In this document: piece after piece, positions 6,500 to 16,939 of the stretch
Numbering within the stretch: position 1 is the stretch's first letter
How the letters are laid out: each line of letters opens with the position of its first letter
Virus record (IMG/VR): IMGVR_UViG_3300030376_004364
Direction: 5' to 3' (one strand)
Origin: an uncultured virus (IMG/VR IMGVR_UViG_3300030376_004364)
Lineage: Duplodnaviria; Heunggongvirae; Uroviricota; Caudoviricetes; Crassvirales
DNA: 36,756 nucleotides
Translations under genes and position numbers: made by a program
The notes under the pieces: generated by a model
The model's input: only the letters and a program-made list of their open reading frames with translations
The model's database searches: none
Told to the model about the DNA's origin: nothing

Positions 6500-8709
6500 T
6501 GGCTTATGAACAAACGTTATACAGAGTTGTTAAAGATTACATTAAGTCCTCTGTAATTAAAAAAAAGAATCGCTATTCTAAATGGGATTATGGTTACAAC
6601 AAAGAATATGATGTTGTTGTGATTAGCAAAACCGGCAAGATTGGAGAAATATATGAAATTGGTGATGTAATGATTGCATTACCTAAACCAGAAGATATAA
6701 AAGATTTAGGAAACAACAGGTGGAAAGCCGCAGAATATCCTAAATTACTAAAAAAAATTAAAAGTGTTCAAGATTGGAATGCTTATCCAAATAGTTTTAA
6801 AGAACAGTGGCATCCGTATATAGATGAAGAGTTTGAAAGGCGTGAAAAAGGTTTTTGGTTTATTAACAAAAGTAAGCCTACTTACATTACTGGTACTCAC
6901 TACATGTACCTGCAGTGGTCCAAGATTGATGTCGGATTACCGGACTTTAGGGAATCAAATAGATTATTTTATATATTCTGGGAAGCCTGCAAAGCGGATT
7001 CAAGATCGTACGGTATTTGTTACCTTAAAAATCGACGCTCTGGATTTTCATTCATGTCGTCGGGAGAAACAGTTAATTCAGCTACGATATCTTCAGACTC
7101 TAGATTCGGTATATTATCCAAATCGGGGGCTGATGCTAAAAAAATGTTTACGGATAAAGTTGTACCAATCTCGGTAAATTACCCGTTTTTCTTTAAACCA
7201 ATACAAGACGGTATGGACCGTCCAAAAACAGAATTAGCCTATAGAGTACCCGCTTCTAAATTTACAAGACGTAAATTAGAAGACAATCAAATAGCTACTG
7301 AGCTTGACGGATTAGATACAACAATTGATTGGAAAAATACAGGTGATAACAGTTATGATGGTGAAAAACTAAAATTACTAGTTCATGATGAATCAGGTAA
7401 GTGGGAAAAACCTACTAATATACTTAATAACTGGAGGGTAACTAAAACCTGCTTAAGATTAGGTAGTAGAATTGTAGGAAAATGTATGATGGGTTCAACC
7501 TCAAATGCTTTAGACAAAGGAGGCAAGAACTTTAAAAAATTATATGATGGCTCTGATGCATCATCAAGAAATAAAAACGGGCAAACTAAGACAGGCTTAT
7601 ATAAACTTTTTATTCCTATGGAATGGAATTATGAGGGTTTTATTGATCAGTATGGCTATCCTGTGTTTGATACTCCAAAAAAAGAAACATTAGATCCTCA
7701 GGGAAATTTAATTACTGAAGGTGTAATACAGCACTGGGAAAACGAAGTTGAAGGATTAAAAGACGATGCTGACGCCTTAAATGAATATTACCGTCAATTT
7801 CCAAGAACAGAGCAACACGCTTTTAGAGATGAAGCTAAACAATCTATTTTTAATTTAACAAAAATTTATCAGCAAATAGATTACAACGAAGAATTAAGAA
7901 ATTCTTCAATGGTTACGCAAGGTAATTTTCAATGGGAAAATGGAATTAAAGATACTAAGGTAATTTTCTACCCAAATAAAAGTGGTAGATTTTTTATTAC
8001 CTGGGTACCGGATCAAGGACAACAAAATAACTTAATAATAAAAAATGGTATTAAATATCCTGGTAATGAGCATTTGGGGGCATTTGGATGTGACAGCTAT
8101 GATATTAGTGGTGTTGTTGGTGGCGGCGGATCTAACGGGGCACTTCATGGATTAACAAAATTTTCTATAGAAGATGTACCGCCTAATCATTTTTTTCTTG
8201 AGTATATTGCAAGACCTTCTACTGCGGAAATGTTTTTTGAAGATGTATTAATGGCTTTAGTATTTTATGGGATGCCTTTATTAGCAGAAAATAATAAACC
8301 TAGATTGCTTTACTATTTAAAACGTAGAGGGTACAGAGGTTTTAGTATTAATAGACCAGACAAAACATATAATAAACTATCAGTTTCTGAAAGAGAAGTA
8401 GGGGGAATACCAAATTCAAGTGAAGATATAAAACAAGCCCATGCTTCTGCTATAGAAACATATATAGAAGATTTTATAGGCGAAAAAAAAGATGGGTATG
8501 GAGATATGTATTTACAAAGAACACTGGAAGATTGGGCTAGATTTGATATAAATAATAGAACTAAACATGATGCTTCTATAAGTTCAGGGCTTGCTTTGAT
8601 GGCCTGCAATAAACATAGATATAATCCTAAAGGCTTAACTAAAATTAAATCGTATTCTTTAGGTTTTAAAAAGTATAATAACGAGGGGACTACTTCAAAA
8701 ATAATATAA
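6499..8709 (+). CDS. terL: Terminase large subunit
   Basis: Walker A-like LKNRRSGFS, Walker B LLVHDESGK, motif III MGST, nuclease GCDSYD and C-terminal HDASISSGLAL. Confidence 0.93.
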   Translation: MAYEQTLYRVVKDYIKSSVIKKKNRYSKWDYGYNKEYDVVVISKTGKIGEIYEIGDVMIALPKPEDIKDLGNNRWKAAEYPKLLKKIKSVQDWNAYPNSFKEQWHPYIDEEFERREKGFWFINKSKPTYITGTHYMYLQWSKIDVGLPDFRESNRLFYIFWEACKADSRSYGICYLKNRRSGFSFMSSGETVNSATISSDSRFGILSKSGADAKKMFTDKVVPISVNYPFFFKPIQDGMDRPKTELAYRVPASKFTRRKLEDNQIATELDGLDTTIDWKNTGDNSYDGEKLKLLVHDESGKWEKPTNILNNWRVTKTCLRLGSRIVGKCMMGSTSNALDKGGKNFKKLYDGSDASSRNKNGQTKTGLYKLFIPMEWNYEGFIDQYGYPVFDTPKKETLDPQGNLITEGVIQHWENEVEGLKDDADALNEYYRQFPRTEQHAFRDEAKQSIFNLTKIYQQIDYNEELRNSSMVTQGNFQWENGIKDTKVIFYPNKSGRFFITWVPDQGQQNNLIIKNGIKYPGNEHLGAFGCDSYDISGVVGGGGSNGALHGLTKFSIEDVPPNHFFLEYIARPSTAEMFFEDVLMALVFYGMPLLAENNKPRLLYYLKRRGYRGFSINRPDKTYNKLSVSEREVGGIPNSSEDIKQAHASAIETYIEDFIGEKKDGYGDMYLQRTLEDWARFDINNRTKHDASISSGLALMACNKHRYNPKGLTKIKSYSLGFKKYNNEGTTSKII

Positions 8710-8712
8710 TAA

Positions 8713-11124
8713 ATGAATATAAGTACAAATACTAATAGCCCATTTCCAGATCAGGTTGTAAGTGACGCTGAGAAAGCAACGTGGGAATACGGACTTCAAG
8801 TTAGTAGAGCTATTGAACAAGAATGGTTCAATTATGGGGGTAGTGGCTCAAATCGTTATGCCGCAAATTGGAATAACTTTCATAATCTACGGTTATATGC
8901 TAGAGGTGAACAAAGCGTACAAAAGTATAAAGACGAATTAGCTATTAATGGAGATTTGTCTTATCTTAATTTAGATTGGAAACCAGTTCCTATATTATCT
9001 AAGTTTTCTAATATAGTTGCTAACGGCATAACTCAAAAGCAGTATGATTTAACCTCGTATGCTCAAGACCCTGAGTCTTTAAAAAAGAGAACGGATTTTG
9101 CGGAAGACATATTGTTTGATATGTTAACCAAAAATGAGCAGGCTCAAGCTTCAGAAGTTGTTAATGTTAATTTAAGCCGATCTAACATCCCTCCAGAAAG
9201 TCTTCCTGAAACTATAGAGGAAAGAGACTTACACATGCAGCTAAGCTATAAACAAGCCATCGAGGTGGCCGAAGAAGAAGCTATCAGTACGGTTTTAGCA
9301 ACTAATGAATTTGATCTTACTAAAGCTAGAGTAAATCAAGATTTAGTAAATATAGGAATAGGTATTACAAAAACTTCTTTTAATCCAGCTGAGGGTATTG
9401 TGGTTGATTATGTAGACCCAGCTTATTGTGTTTGGTCTTACACAGAAGATCCTCATTTTGAAGATATATATTATGTAGGAGAAGTCAAATCTATAACTAT
9501 TCCAGAGCTTAAAAAAGAATTTCCTAATATTTCTAATGAAGAATTAGAAAGAATACAAAAAATGCCTGGTAATCGAAGAATGATAAGAGGCTTTGAAAAT
9601 TACGATTATAATACTGTTCAAGTTTTATATTTTGAATATAAAACATATACGGACCAAGTATTTAAAATAAAAAGAACGGATTCTGGATTAGAAAAAGCAA
9701 TTGAAAAAACTGATGAATTTAATCCTCCTCCAAATGACAATTTTGAAAGAGTAGCTAGATCTATAGAAGTTTTATATGAAGGAGCTAAAGTTATTGGAAC
9801 TGATATAATGCTTAAGTGGGAAATGTCCGAAAACATGACAAGACCTTTAGCTGATACAACTCGTGTTGAAATGAGCTATTCTTTATGTGCTCCGAGAATG
9901 TATAAAGGAAAAATACAATCCTTAATAAGTAAATGTATAGGATTTGCCGATGTTATTCAACTAACCCATTTAAAAATACAGCAAGTTTTATCTAGAATGG
10001 TTCCTGATGGTATATTTTTAGATATGGACGGATTAGCTGAAGTGGATTTAGGTAACGGAACAAATTATAATCCAGCCGAGGCATTAAACATGTACTTCCA
10101 AACAGGTTCTGTCGTAGGTAGATCTCTCACCCAAGATGGTGATATGAATAGAGGCAAAGTTCCTATTCAGGAGTTAAACTCTTCTAATGGTATGGGTAAA
10201 ATACAATCCCTTATTACAGCATATAATTATAATATGCAAATGATTAGAGATGTTACTGGATTAAATGAAGCAAGAGATGGGTCCTTACCTGATGCGGATT
10301 CTTTAGTTGGCTTACAAAAAATGGCGGCTAATGCTTCTAATGTAGCTACTAAACATATTCAAGATGCTAGTTTATTTTTAGCTTTAAGCACTTGCGAAAA
10401 CATTTCTTTAAAAATAGCGGATGTATTAAATTTCCCTCTTACTAAAAATTCTTTAATGAATAGTATATCTACTTTTAATGTAGAAACTTTAAAAGAAATA
10501 GAAAACTTAAATCTTCATGACTTTGGAATATATTTAGAAATGGAACCAGACGACGAAGAAAAAGCTGAATTAGCGGCCAACATAAATGCTTCATTAAAAC
10601 AAGGTAGTATTGATATAGAAGACGCTATCGATATACGTGAAATTAAAAATCTTAAGCTAGCTAATCAAATGTTAAAGCTTAAGCGTAAGAAAAAATTAGA
10701 AAGAGAACAAGCTGTAACACAACAAAACATACAAGCTCAGGCAGAAGCAAATGCTCAAGCTTCTGAAAAAGCTGCAATGGCGGAAGTACAAAAACAACAA
10801 GCTCTTACTGCTGAAAAGGTATCTATAGAACAAGCCAAGTCTCAATTTGAAATACAAAGAATGGAAAGGGAAGCTCAAATTAAAAAACAGCTAATGGCAG
10901 CTGAATTTGAGTATAATATGCAATTAGCTCAAGCACAAATTGGTGCTACTACACAAAAAGAAAAAGAAATAGAAGATAGAAAAGATAAGCGAGTAAAAAT
11001 ACAAGGCACACAGCAAAGTGAGCTAATACAACAAAGACAAACTGAGGGAATGCCTAAGAATTTTGAATCCCAAGGTAATGACGTTATGGGAGGATTTGAT
11101 TTATCTTCATTTGATCCCAGTTAA
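8713..11124 (+). CDS. Portal protein (with long C-terminal coiled-coil barrel)
   Basis: 803 aa, follows terL; IRDVTGLNEARDG motif; Q/E/A-rich C-terminal helix as in P22/crAss-type portals. Confidence 0.88.
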   Translation: MNISTNTNSPFPDQVVSDAEKATWEYGLQVSRAIEQEWFNYGGSGSNRYAANWNNFHNLRLYARGEQSVQKYKDELAINGDLSYLNLDWKPVPILSKFSNIVANGITQKQYDLTSYAQDPESLKKRTDFAEDILFDMLTKNEQAQASEVVNVNLSRSNIPPESLPETIEERDLHMQLSYKQAIEVAEEEAISTVLATNEFDLTKARVNQDLVNIGIGITKTSFNPAEGIVVDYVDPAYCVWSYTEDPHFEDIYYVGEVKSITIPELKKEFPNISNEELERIQKMPGNRRMIRGFENYDYNTVQVLYFEYKTYTDQVFKIKRTDSGLEKAIEKTDEFNPPPNDNFERVARSIEVLYEGAKVIGTDIMLKWEMSENMTRPLADTTRVEMSYSLCAPRMYKGKIQSLISKCIGFADVIQLTHLKIQQVLSRMVPDGIFLDMDGLAEVDLGNGTNYNPAEALNMYFQTGSVVGRSLTQDGDMNRGKVPIQELNSSNGMGKIQSLITAYNYNMQMIRDVTGLNEARDGSLPDADSLVGLQKMAANASNVATKHIQDASLFLALSTCENISLKIADVLNFPLTKNSLMNSISTFNVETLKEIENLNLHDFGIYLEMEPDDEEKAELAANINASLKQGSIDIEDAIDIREIKNLKLANQMLKLKRKKKLEREQAVTQQNIQAQAEANAQASEKAAMAEVQKQQALTAEKVSIEQAKSQFEIQRMEREAQIKKQLMAAEFEYNMQLAQAQIGATTQKEKEIEDRKDKRVKIQGTQQSELIQQRQTEGMPKNFESQGNDVMGGFDLSSFDPS

Positions 11125-11156
11125 ATAAGTATTTAATAATTATATAATATTATATC

Positions 11157-12308
11157 ATGAACGAACAAGTAAAAACGGAAGGGTCTTTTAAGATTCAATC
11201 CAAGCCAAAGCTAACTGATGAGCAGATAGCTGCAAAAAACAAGGAGCCTTTAATAGACGTTCCAAGCAATGTAACTAGAGTAGTAATTCCTAAAGAAGAA
11301 AAAGATGCCGTTCAAGAGCCAAGCTCAGATGGTGTGGATGAGAATAAACAAGCCGAAGATGTACAAAAAGTGGAGGAAGGAACATCCGAACCAATCATTA
11401 AAGAAATTACCGAAGAAAAAGAAGAAGTAAAAACTAAAGATCCTGTTGAAGAAAAATCAGTAGAACCAGAATCTGTAAAGAATGATTTACCAGAAAATAT
11501 AAATAAACTGGTAGATTTTATGAGAGAGACAGGCGGAACTATGCAGGATTATATTAGATTAAATACTAACTACGAGGATGTAGATAGAGACGTTCTAGTA
11601 AAAGAATATTACAAAAGTACTAAGCCTCATTTGTCAAAAGAAGAAATCAACTTTATGATTGAAGACACTTTTGCATTTGATGAAGATATTGATGAAGAGC
11701 GAGACATCAAAAGAAAAAAACTCGCATACAAAGAAGAGGTTTCAAAAGCCCGTAAGTTTTTAGAAGATACAAAGAAAAAGTATTATGACGACATCAAGTT
11801 GAAGTCGCCTCAACTTTCGGAAGATCAACAAAAAGCATCGGACTTTTTTAATCGATATAAAGAGGATCAGGAAAGAAACTCACAAAACCATGAGAAGTTT
11901 AAAGCTCAAACCGAACAGTTATTCAATAAAGAATTCGAAGGTTTCGATTTTAATTTAGGAGAAAAAAAGTTTAGGTATGGAGTGCAAAATGCGTCTCAAG
12001 TGGGAGAAAACCAATCGGACATCAGTAATTTCATAGGGAAGTTCCTTGGGGAAGATGGTACGATTGAAGATACCAAAGGGTATCACAAGGCTTTATATGC
12101 AGGAGCGAATGCTGATAAAATAGCAAATCACTTCTACGAACAAGGTAAGGCAGATGCTATTAGAGATGTTGTAAACAAATCTAATAATACATCTACCGAA
12201 GCTAGAAAAGCAGCACCTGTTGAAAGTGCTCGGTTCGGAGCTTATAAAGTTAAGTCAATTTCTGGAGCGGACTCTGCAAAACTGAAAATTAAAAAGTTTA
12301 AAAACTAA
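11157..12308 (+). CDS. Probable scaffolding/head assembly protein
   Basis: Acidic disordered N-terminal half and helical C-terminal half; lies between portal and MCP. Confidence 0.6.
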   Translation: MNEQVKTEGSFKIQSKPKLTDEQIAAKNKEPLIDVPSNVTRVVIPKEEKDAVQEPSSDGVDENKQAEDVQKVEEGTSEPIIKEITEEKEEVKTKDPVEEKSVEPESVKNDLPENINKLVDFMRETGGTMQDYIRLNTNYEDVDRDVLVKEYYKSTKPHLSKEEINFMIEDTFAFDEDIDEERDIKRKKLAYKEEVSKARKFLEDTKKKYYDDIKLKSPQLSEDQQKASDFFNRYKEDQERNSQNHEKFKAQTEQLFNKEFEGFDFNLGEKKFRYGVQNASQVGENQSDISNFIGKFLGEDGTIEDTKGYHKALYAGANADKIANHFYEQGKADAIRDVVNKSNNTSTEARKAAPVESARFGAYKVKSISGADSAKLKIKKFKN

Positions 12309-12313
12309 TAAAA

Positions 12314-13774
12314 ATGAGTTTATTACCACAATTTGGGAGTATAGTCCCATCACAAACACAGCAATTACTTGCTACAAATTATTTACAATGGAACAACAAC
12401 GGCGCAGGTGGTGGTGTTCCAGGAAACTTTGCTGACTTTGCTCAGCAGTATTTACCAGAAATCTACGAAGCAGAAGTAGAGCGTTATGGAAACAGAACGT
12501 TATCTGGATTTTTACGAATGGTTGGCGCTGAAATGCCAATGACTTCTGATCAAGTTATTTGGTCTGAACAAAACAGATTACACATTTCTTACGCTGGAGT
12601 ATCTCAAGCTAACGGAGCTGGTACATTATCTGTAATTACTCTTAACCCAGGCGCTGTAGCAGGAGTTAATAATGTAATATCAGTAAATGACACTGTTGTT
12701 GTTTTAGATCCAGCTACTGGATTAGAAGCTAAAGGTATTGTAACAGTATCTGTACTAGGTGCAGCTGGAACAATTACTATTCAGCCTTTTGCTGGAACTA
12801 CTTTGACTACTCAAGGTTTCTCTGCGACTGGATTAAAAGTATTCGTTTATGGATCTGATTATTCTAAAGGAACTACAATCGGAACTGGAGCAGGTAACTC
12901 AGCTGCAAGAAATAGTGTTGAGCCTGTATTAACACAGTTTTCTAACTCTCCAATCATTATTAGAGATCAATACGTTGTATCTGGATCTGATACTGCACAA
13001 ATCGGATGGGTAAATGTAGCTACTGAAGATGGAACTGACGGGTACTTATGGTATTTGAAAGCTGAATCTGAAACACGTCTACGTTTTGAAGATTATTTAG
13101 AAATGGCAATGGTAGAAGGTGAATTAAATGCATCTGCTCTTAACCCATTAACTCAGCCAGGAACTCAAGGTTTATTCGCAGCTATTCAAGCTAGAGGAAA
13201 TGTTGAAACTGGATTTACTGCGGCTCAAGGGTTAACTGAATTTGATGCAATCCTTAAAAACCTTGATACTCAAGGAGCAATTGAGGAAAACATGTTATTC
13301 TTAAATCGCCAGACCGCTTTAGATTTTGATGATATGCTAGCAAGCATTTCTTCAGGAGTTTCAGGAGGTGTTGCTTATGGATTATTTGAAAATTCAGAAG
13401 ACATGGCGCTTAACTTAGGATTTAGCGGTTTCCGTAGAGGATCTTATGACTTTTACAAAACAGATTGGAAATACTTAAATGATGCATCTACTCGTGGAGC
13501 TATCAATGGAGTTAATTCAATTGAAGGTGTATTAGTACCTGCTGGAACTTCAACTGTTTACGATCAAGTTTTAGGAACTAACATTCGTCGTCCATTCTTG
13601 CACGTACGATACAGAGCCTCTCAAACTGATGACCGTAGAATGAAATCTTGGTTAACAGGATCTGTTGGAGGTGCTAGTAATTCAACTCTTGATGCAATGG
13701 AAGTAAACTTCCTATCTGAAAGATGTTTGATTACTCAAGCAGCTAATAACTTTGTATTATTTAGAGGAATCTAA
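12314..13774 (+). CDS. Major capsid protein
   Basis: 486 aa; position after the scaffold; strong codon bias; QQYLPEIYE..VERYGNRT, a beta-rich insertion, TQGLFAAI, GFRRGSYDFYK; followed by a strong terminator. Confidence 0.88.
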   Translation: MSLLPQFGSIVPSQTQQLLATNYLQWNNNGAGGGVPGNFADFAQQYLPEIYEAEVERYGNRTLSGFLRMVGAEMPMTSDQVIWSEQNRLHISYAGVSQANGAGTLSVITLNPGAVAGVNNVISVNDTVVVLDPATGLEAKGIVTVSVLGAAGTITIQPFAGTTLTTQGFSATGLKVFVYGSDYSKGTTIGTGAGNSAARNSVEPVLTQFSNSPIIIRDQYVVSGSDTAQIGWVNVATEDGTDGYLWYLKAESETRLRFEDYLEMAMVEGELNASALNPLTQPGTQGLFAAIQARGNVETGFTAAQGLTEFDAILKNLDTQGAIEENMLFLNRQTALDFDDMLASISSGVSGGVAYGLFENSEDMALNLGFSGFRRGSYDFYKTDWKYLNDASTRGAINGVNSIEGVLVPAGTSTVYDQVLGTNIRRPFLHVRYRASQTDDRRMKSWLTGSVGGASNSTLDAMEVNFLSERCLITQAANNFVLFRGI

Positions 13775-13786
13775 TAATTTCAATAC

Positions 13787-13822
13787 TAAAGGTGAGGGCC
13801 TTCGGGTCCTCCCTTTATTTTT
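13787..13822 (+). terminator. Rho-independent terminator after the MCP (cUUCGg tetraloop)
   Basis: TAAAGGTGAGGGCC-TTCG-GGTCCTCCCTTTA followed by TTTTT. Confidence 0.9.
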
Positions 13823-13844
13823 AACTATTTAATTATATTATATT

Positions 13845-14699
13845 ATGGCAAATAAAAAACCTGCGGCTAAAAAAGCTGCACCACAAGAACCAATTACAGA
13901 CGGGTTACCAGAAGTAGTTGCTACAAAACCAGTTGTTGAAACACCAAAAAAACCAACTAAACCTAAATGGGAAATTAAAGATAGGTTATATTACTTAATA
14001 GGTAGACATACGCCTCTTACATTAACTATTCCAGGTAAGCATACTAGAAAGCATGCGCTGTTGTATTTTGACCCAGAAACTGGTACACAAAAAGAAATTA
14101 GATATGCAACTAATCATGATTCACCTTTTAAAAGTGAACAAGAAGGAGAAGCTACATTAGGGCATATTATGTTTAGAGATGGGGACTTAAGAGTTCCTAA
14201 AGAACAACAAAATTTACAAAAACTTCTTTCTTTATATCATCCTTTAAAAGGTAGAATTTACGAGGAGTATGATCCCGTTGAAGAAGCTTATGATGATTTA
14301 GAATTACTTGATCTGCAAACTGATGCAGCAGTGTTCGCTAGAGATATGGATATTGACGATGCTGAGGCTATACTAAGAGTTGAAATGGGTAATGCAGTAA
14401 ACAATTTATCCTCTAAAGAAATTAAAAGAGATTTAAGATTGTTTGCAAATAACAACCCTGAATTATTTTTAGAATTAGCACAAGATGAAAATGTGGGGCT
14501 TAGAAATGTAGCAATAAAAGCTACAGAAGCGAGTATAATTACTTTGTCTCAAGATCAAAGAACTTTTTCTTGGACATCTAATGGTAGAAAGCTAATGTCT
14601 GTACCTTTTGATGAAAACCCATACTCAGCTATGGCAGCATTCTTTAAAACTGATGAAGGAGTTGAAGTATATAGATCTATAGAAAAGAAATTTAATTAG
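13845..14699 (+). CDS. Hypothetical protein following the MCP
   Basis: 284 aa with a K/P-rich N-terminus and a helical C-terminal domain. Confidence 0.8.
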   Translation: MANKKPAAKKAAPQEPITDGLPEVVATKPVVETPKKPTKPKWEIKDRLYYLIGRHTPLTLTIPGKHTRKHALLYFDPETGTQKEIRYATNHDSPFKSEQEGEATLGHIMFRDGDLRVPKEQQNLQKLLSLYHPLKGRIYEEYDPVEEAYDDLELLDLQTDAAVFARDMDIDDAEAILRVEMGNAVNNLSSKEIKRDLRLFANNNPELFLELAQDENVGLRNVAIKATEASIITLSQDQRTFSWTSNGRKLMSVPFDENPYSAMAAFFKTDEGVEVYRSIEKKFN

Positions 14700-14745
14700 T
14701 AGTTTTTTTTAAAAACACGTGATTATATTATAGATGGTGAATTAT

Positions 14746-14779
14746 TATTAGCCGGTTTCCTAAGTGAGACCGGTTAATA
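14746..14779 (+). other. 14-bp intergenic hairpin (weak terminator, processing site or 5' stabilizer)
   Basis: TATTAGCCGGTTTC-CTAAGT-GAGACCGGTTAATA pairs fully on the + strand with two G.U; only TTT follows. Confidence 0.7.
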
Positions 14780-14799
14780 TTTATAACAAAAGAAATAAA

Positions 14800-15717
14800 A
14801 TGGCAGTAAACGTAGACATAGTTTATAAAACGGTGTTACTTATTCTTAATAAAGAACAGAGAGGTAACTTATCACCAGACGAATTTAACAAAGTTGCAAC
14901 ACAGGTACAACTTGAAATATTTGAAAGTTATTTTGATACTGTAAATCAGCAGCTTAGAAGGCCAGATAATGATACAGAATACGGTGACCGAATTAAAAAT
15001 GTAGACCAAGATATTTCTATTTTTAAACAATACGGAAATGCAACTTATGTAGCAGGAGGAAAATACTTTACTCTTCCCACAACATCAGGAGCTAGTGTAG
15101 CTACACAAAACTTTACAGGGAATGGTACATCTATATCGTTTCCTTTTACGTCAATAACTTCTTCTCAATTAGCTAGCAGTGTAATATCAGTTACAATAAA
15201 TGGAGTATCTACTACAGCATTTACCATTAGTGGAGCTAATATAATATTTAACAGTATTCCAGCTAATTTAGCCGCTATAGTCGTTACGGCGACTCCAGAG
15301 GACTTTTATAGACTAGGTACAGTTATATATAAAGACAGCACAGAAGCTCAACTGGTGCAACGAAATGAGCTTTTGTATATAAATACTACACCTTTAATTG
15401 CGCCAACAACTACATATCCAATATACTTATACGAAAATCATAAGTTATATGTATATCCACAAACTATTACATCGGATATAACAGTAAGTTATTTAAGAAA
15501 ACCTTTAGATGTTATTTGGAATTTTACAATACCATCGGGACAAAATTATTATCAATGGGACCCAACTAATTCTGTTGATTTTGAATTATCAAAAACAGAA
15601 CAAACTAATATTATATTAAAAATATTACTTTATTCAGGGGTAGTAATACGTGATCCATCGGTGGTTCAAATAGCTTCACAACAAGTTCAACAAGAAGTAC
15701 AACGCTCAACACTATAA
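14800..15717 (+). CDS. Tail ring / head-tail adaptor protein with inserted beta-sandwich
   Basis: VYKTVLLILNKEQRG.LSPDEFN N-terminus and YLRKP..V.W C-terminus recalled from crAss-like ring proteins. ATG 14800 is preferred because the GTG at 14764 lies inside the hairpin. Confidence 0.7.
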   Translation: MAVNVDIVYKTVLLILNKEQRGNLSPDEFNKVATQVQLEIFESYFDTVNQQLRRPDNDTEYGDRIKNVDQDISIFKQYGNATYVAGGKYFTLPTTSGASVATQNFTGNGTSISFPFTSITSSQLASSVISVTINGVSTTAFTISGANIIFNSIPANLAAIVVTATPEDFYRLGTVIYKDSTEAQLVQRNELLYINTTPLIAPTTTYPIYLYENHKLYVYPQTITSDITVSYLRKPLDVIWNFTIPSGQNYYQWDPTNSVDFELSKTEQTNIILKILLYSGVVIRDPSVVQIASQQVQQEVQRSTL

Positions 15718-15720
15718 GAT

Positions 15721-16935
15721 ATGCCTAAACCAAATGGAGGTTTAATAACCGAAACTAATGCCCAATATTATGCTGGAGCTCAAAAATTTATATCTGACGG
15801 TACCGGAGTATTTACAACTACATTTAATACTGATTTAGTATTTGCTTCTCATGATCCCGCTTCAGTTGATTATACATTAAACAATTTTGTTATCTACACT
15901 AGTGTAACTAATATGCCGGGATCTTATACCCGATATGTATTACCTTTTACGGTTGTAGAAAATACAATCACTATAACAACACCGCCAGCAGTAGGTGTTT
16001 ATGTAGTAGTACAATTAAAAGCTATGGACGGTGGTAGTTACGGCAACAATGAAGCCATTGGAACCGCTGTACAAGAAAATTATGGAGAATACGGTTATAC
16101 TTCTTTAAATACAATAATTGACGGGTTTATTGCTACCTATGTGGGTGAGCACAAACTAATACCTGATGTTAAAAGAACAGACGTAATATTTCATGCCAAG
16201 CGAGGATTGCAAGAATTTAGTTATGATACATTAAAAAGTATTAAGTCTCAAGAATTAACTATTCCTGCTAGTTTAAGTGTTATAATCCCTCAAGATTACG
16301 TTAATTATGTTGCTTTAAGTTATACTGACGCTCAGGGTGTAAAACATCCTATTTATCCGGCTAATAATTTAACAATAGCACCTTATGAAGTTCCTTTACA
16401 AGACGAACCTCAAGGTGATCCTATTCAAGATAACTTTGGTGATAACTTAGAGGGATCTTCTCAAACACTAGAATTTTGGGGTGAAGCTAATGATAATCTT
16501 TTAAATGGGAATATTACTTTACAAGAGTATTACTCTTATGCTGGTTGGTTAACTGGCGAGCCTTTTTACGGACAAAGATATGGGAATAACCCTCAATACT
16601 CTCAAAGAAATGGGTGGTTTAATATGAATGAAAGAGATGGAACAATAGCTTTTTCATCTAACTTAATAGATAAAAGAATAGTTTTAGAATATATTTCAGA
16701 TGGATTAGCTTATGCTTTAGATTCTAGAATACCTAAAATGGCAGAAGACGCATTATACGCTCATATATTATATTCTATATTGGCATCTAGAATTAACCAA
16801 CCTGAATATATTATACAAAGACTAAAAAGAGATAGATCAGCTAAATTAAGAAATGCAAAAATAAGATTATCAAATATTAAACTTGAAGAAATTGTTCAAG
16901 TAATGCGTGGTAAATCTAAATGGATTAAATCATAA
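15721..16935 (+). CDS. Second tail ring / tubular protein
   Basis: VIFHAKRGLQEFSYD, IPQDYVNYV and IVLEYISDG motifs; position before the stabilization protein. Confidence 0.7.
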   Translation: MPKPNGGLITETNAQYYAGAQKFISDGTGVFTTTFNTDLVFASHDPASVDYTLNNFVIYTSVTNMPGSYTRYVLPFTVVENTITITTPPAVGVYVVVQLKAMDGGSYGNNEAIGTAVQENYGEYGYTSLNTIIDGFIATYVGEHKLIPDVKRTDVIFHAKRGLQEFSYDTLKSIKSQELTIPASLSVIIPQDYVNYVALSYTDAQGVKHPIYPANNLTIAPYEVPLQDEPQGDPIQDNFGDNLEGSSQTLEFWGEANDNLLNGNITLQEYYSYAGWLTGEPFYGQRYGNNPQYSQRNGWFNMNERDGTIAFSSNLIDKRIVLEYISDGLAYALDSRIPKMAEDALYAHILYSILASRINQPEYIIQRLKRDRSAKLRNAKIRLSNIKLEEIVQVMRGKSKWIKS

Positions 16936-16939
16936 TTAA

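Noticed and set aside
6499..8709. Intein or intron in terL
   Set aside because: Continuous ORF of ordinary size; no C/S...HN splice motifs or homing endonuclease signature seen.
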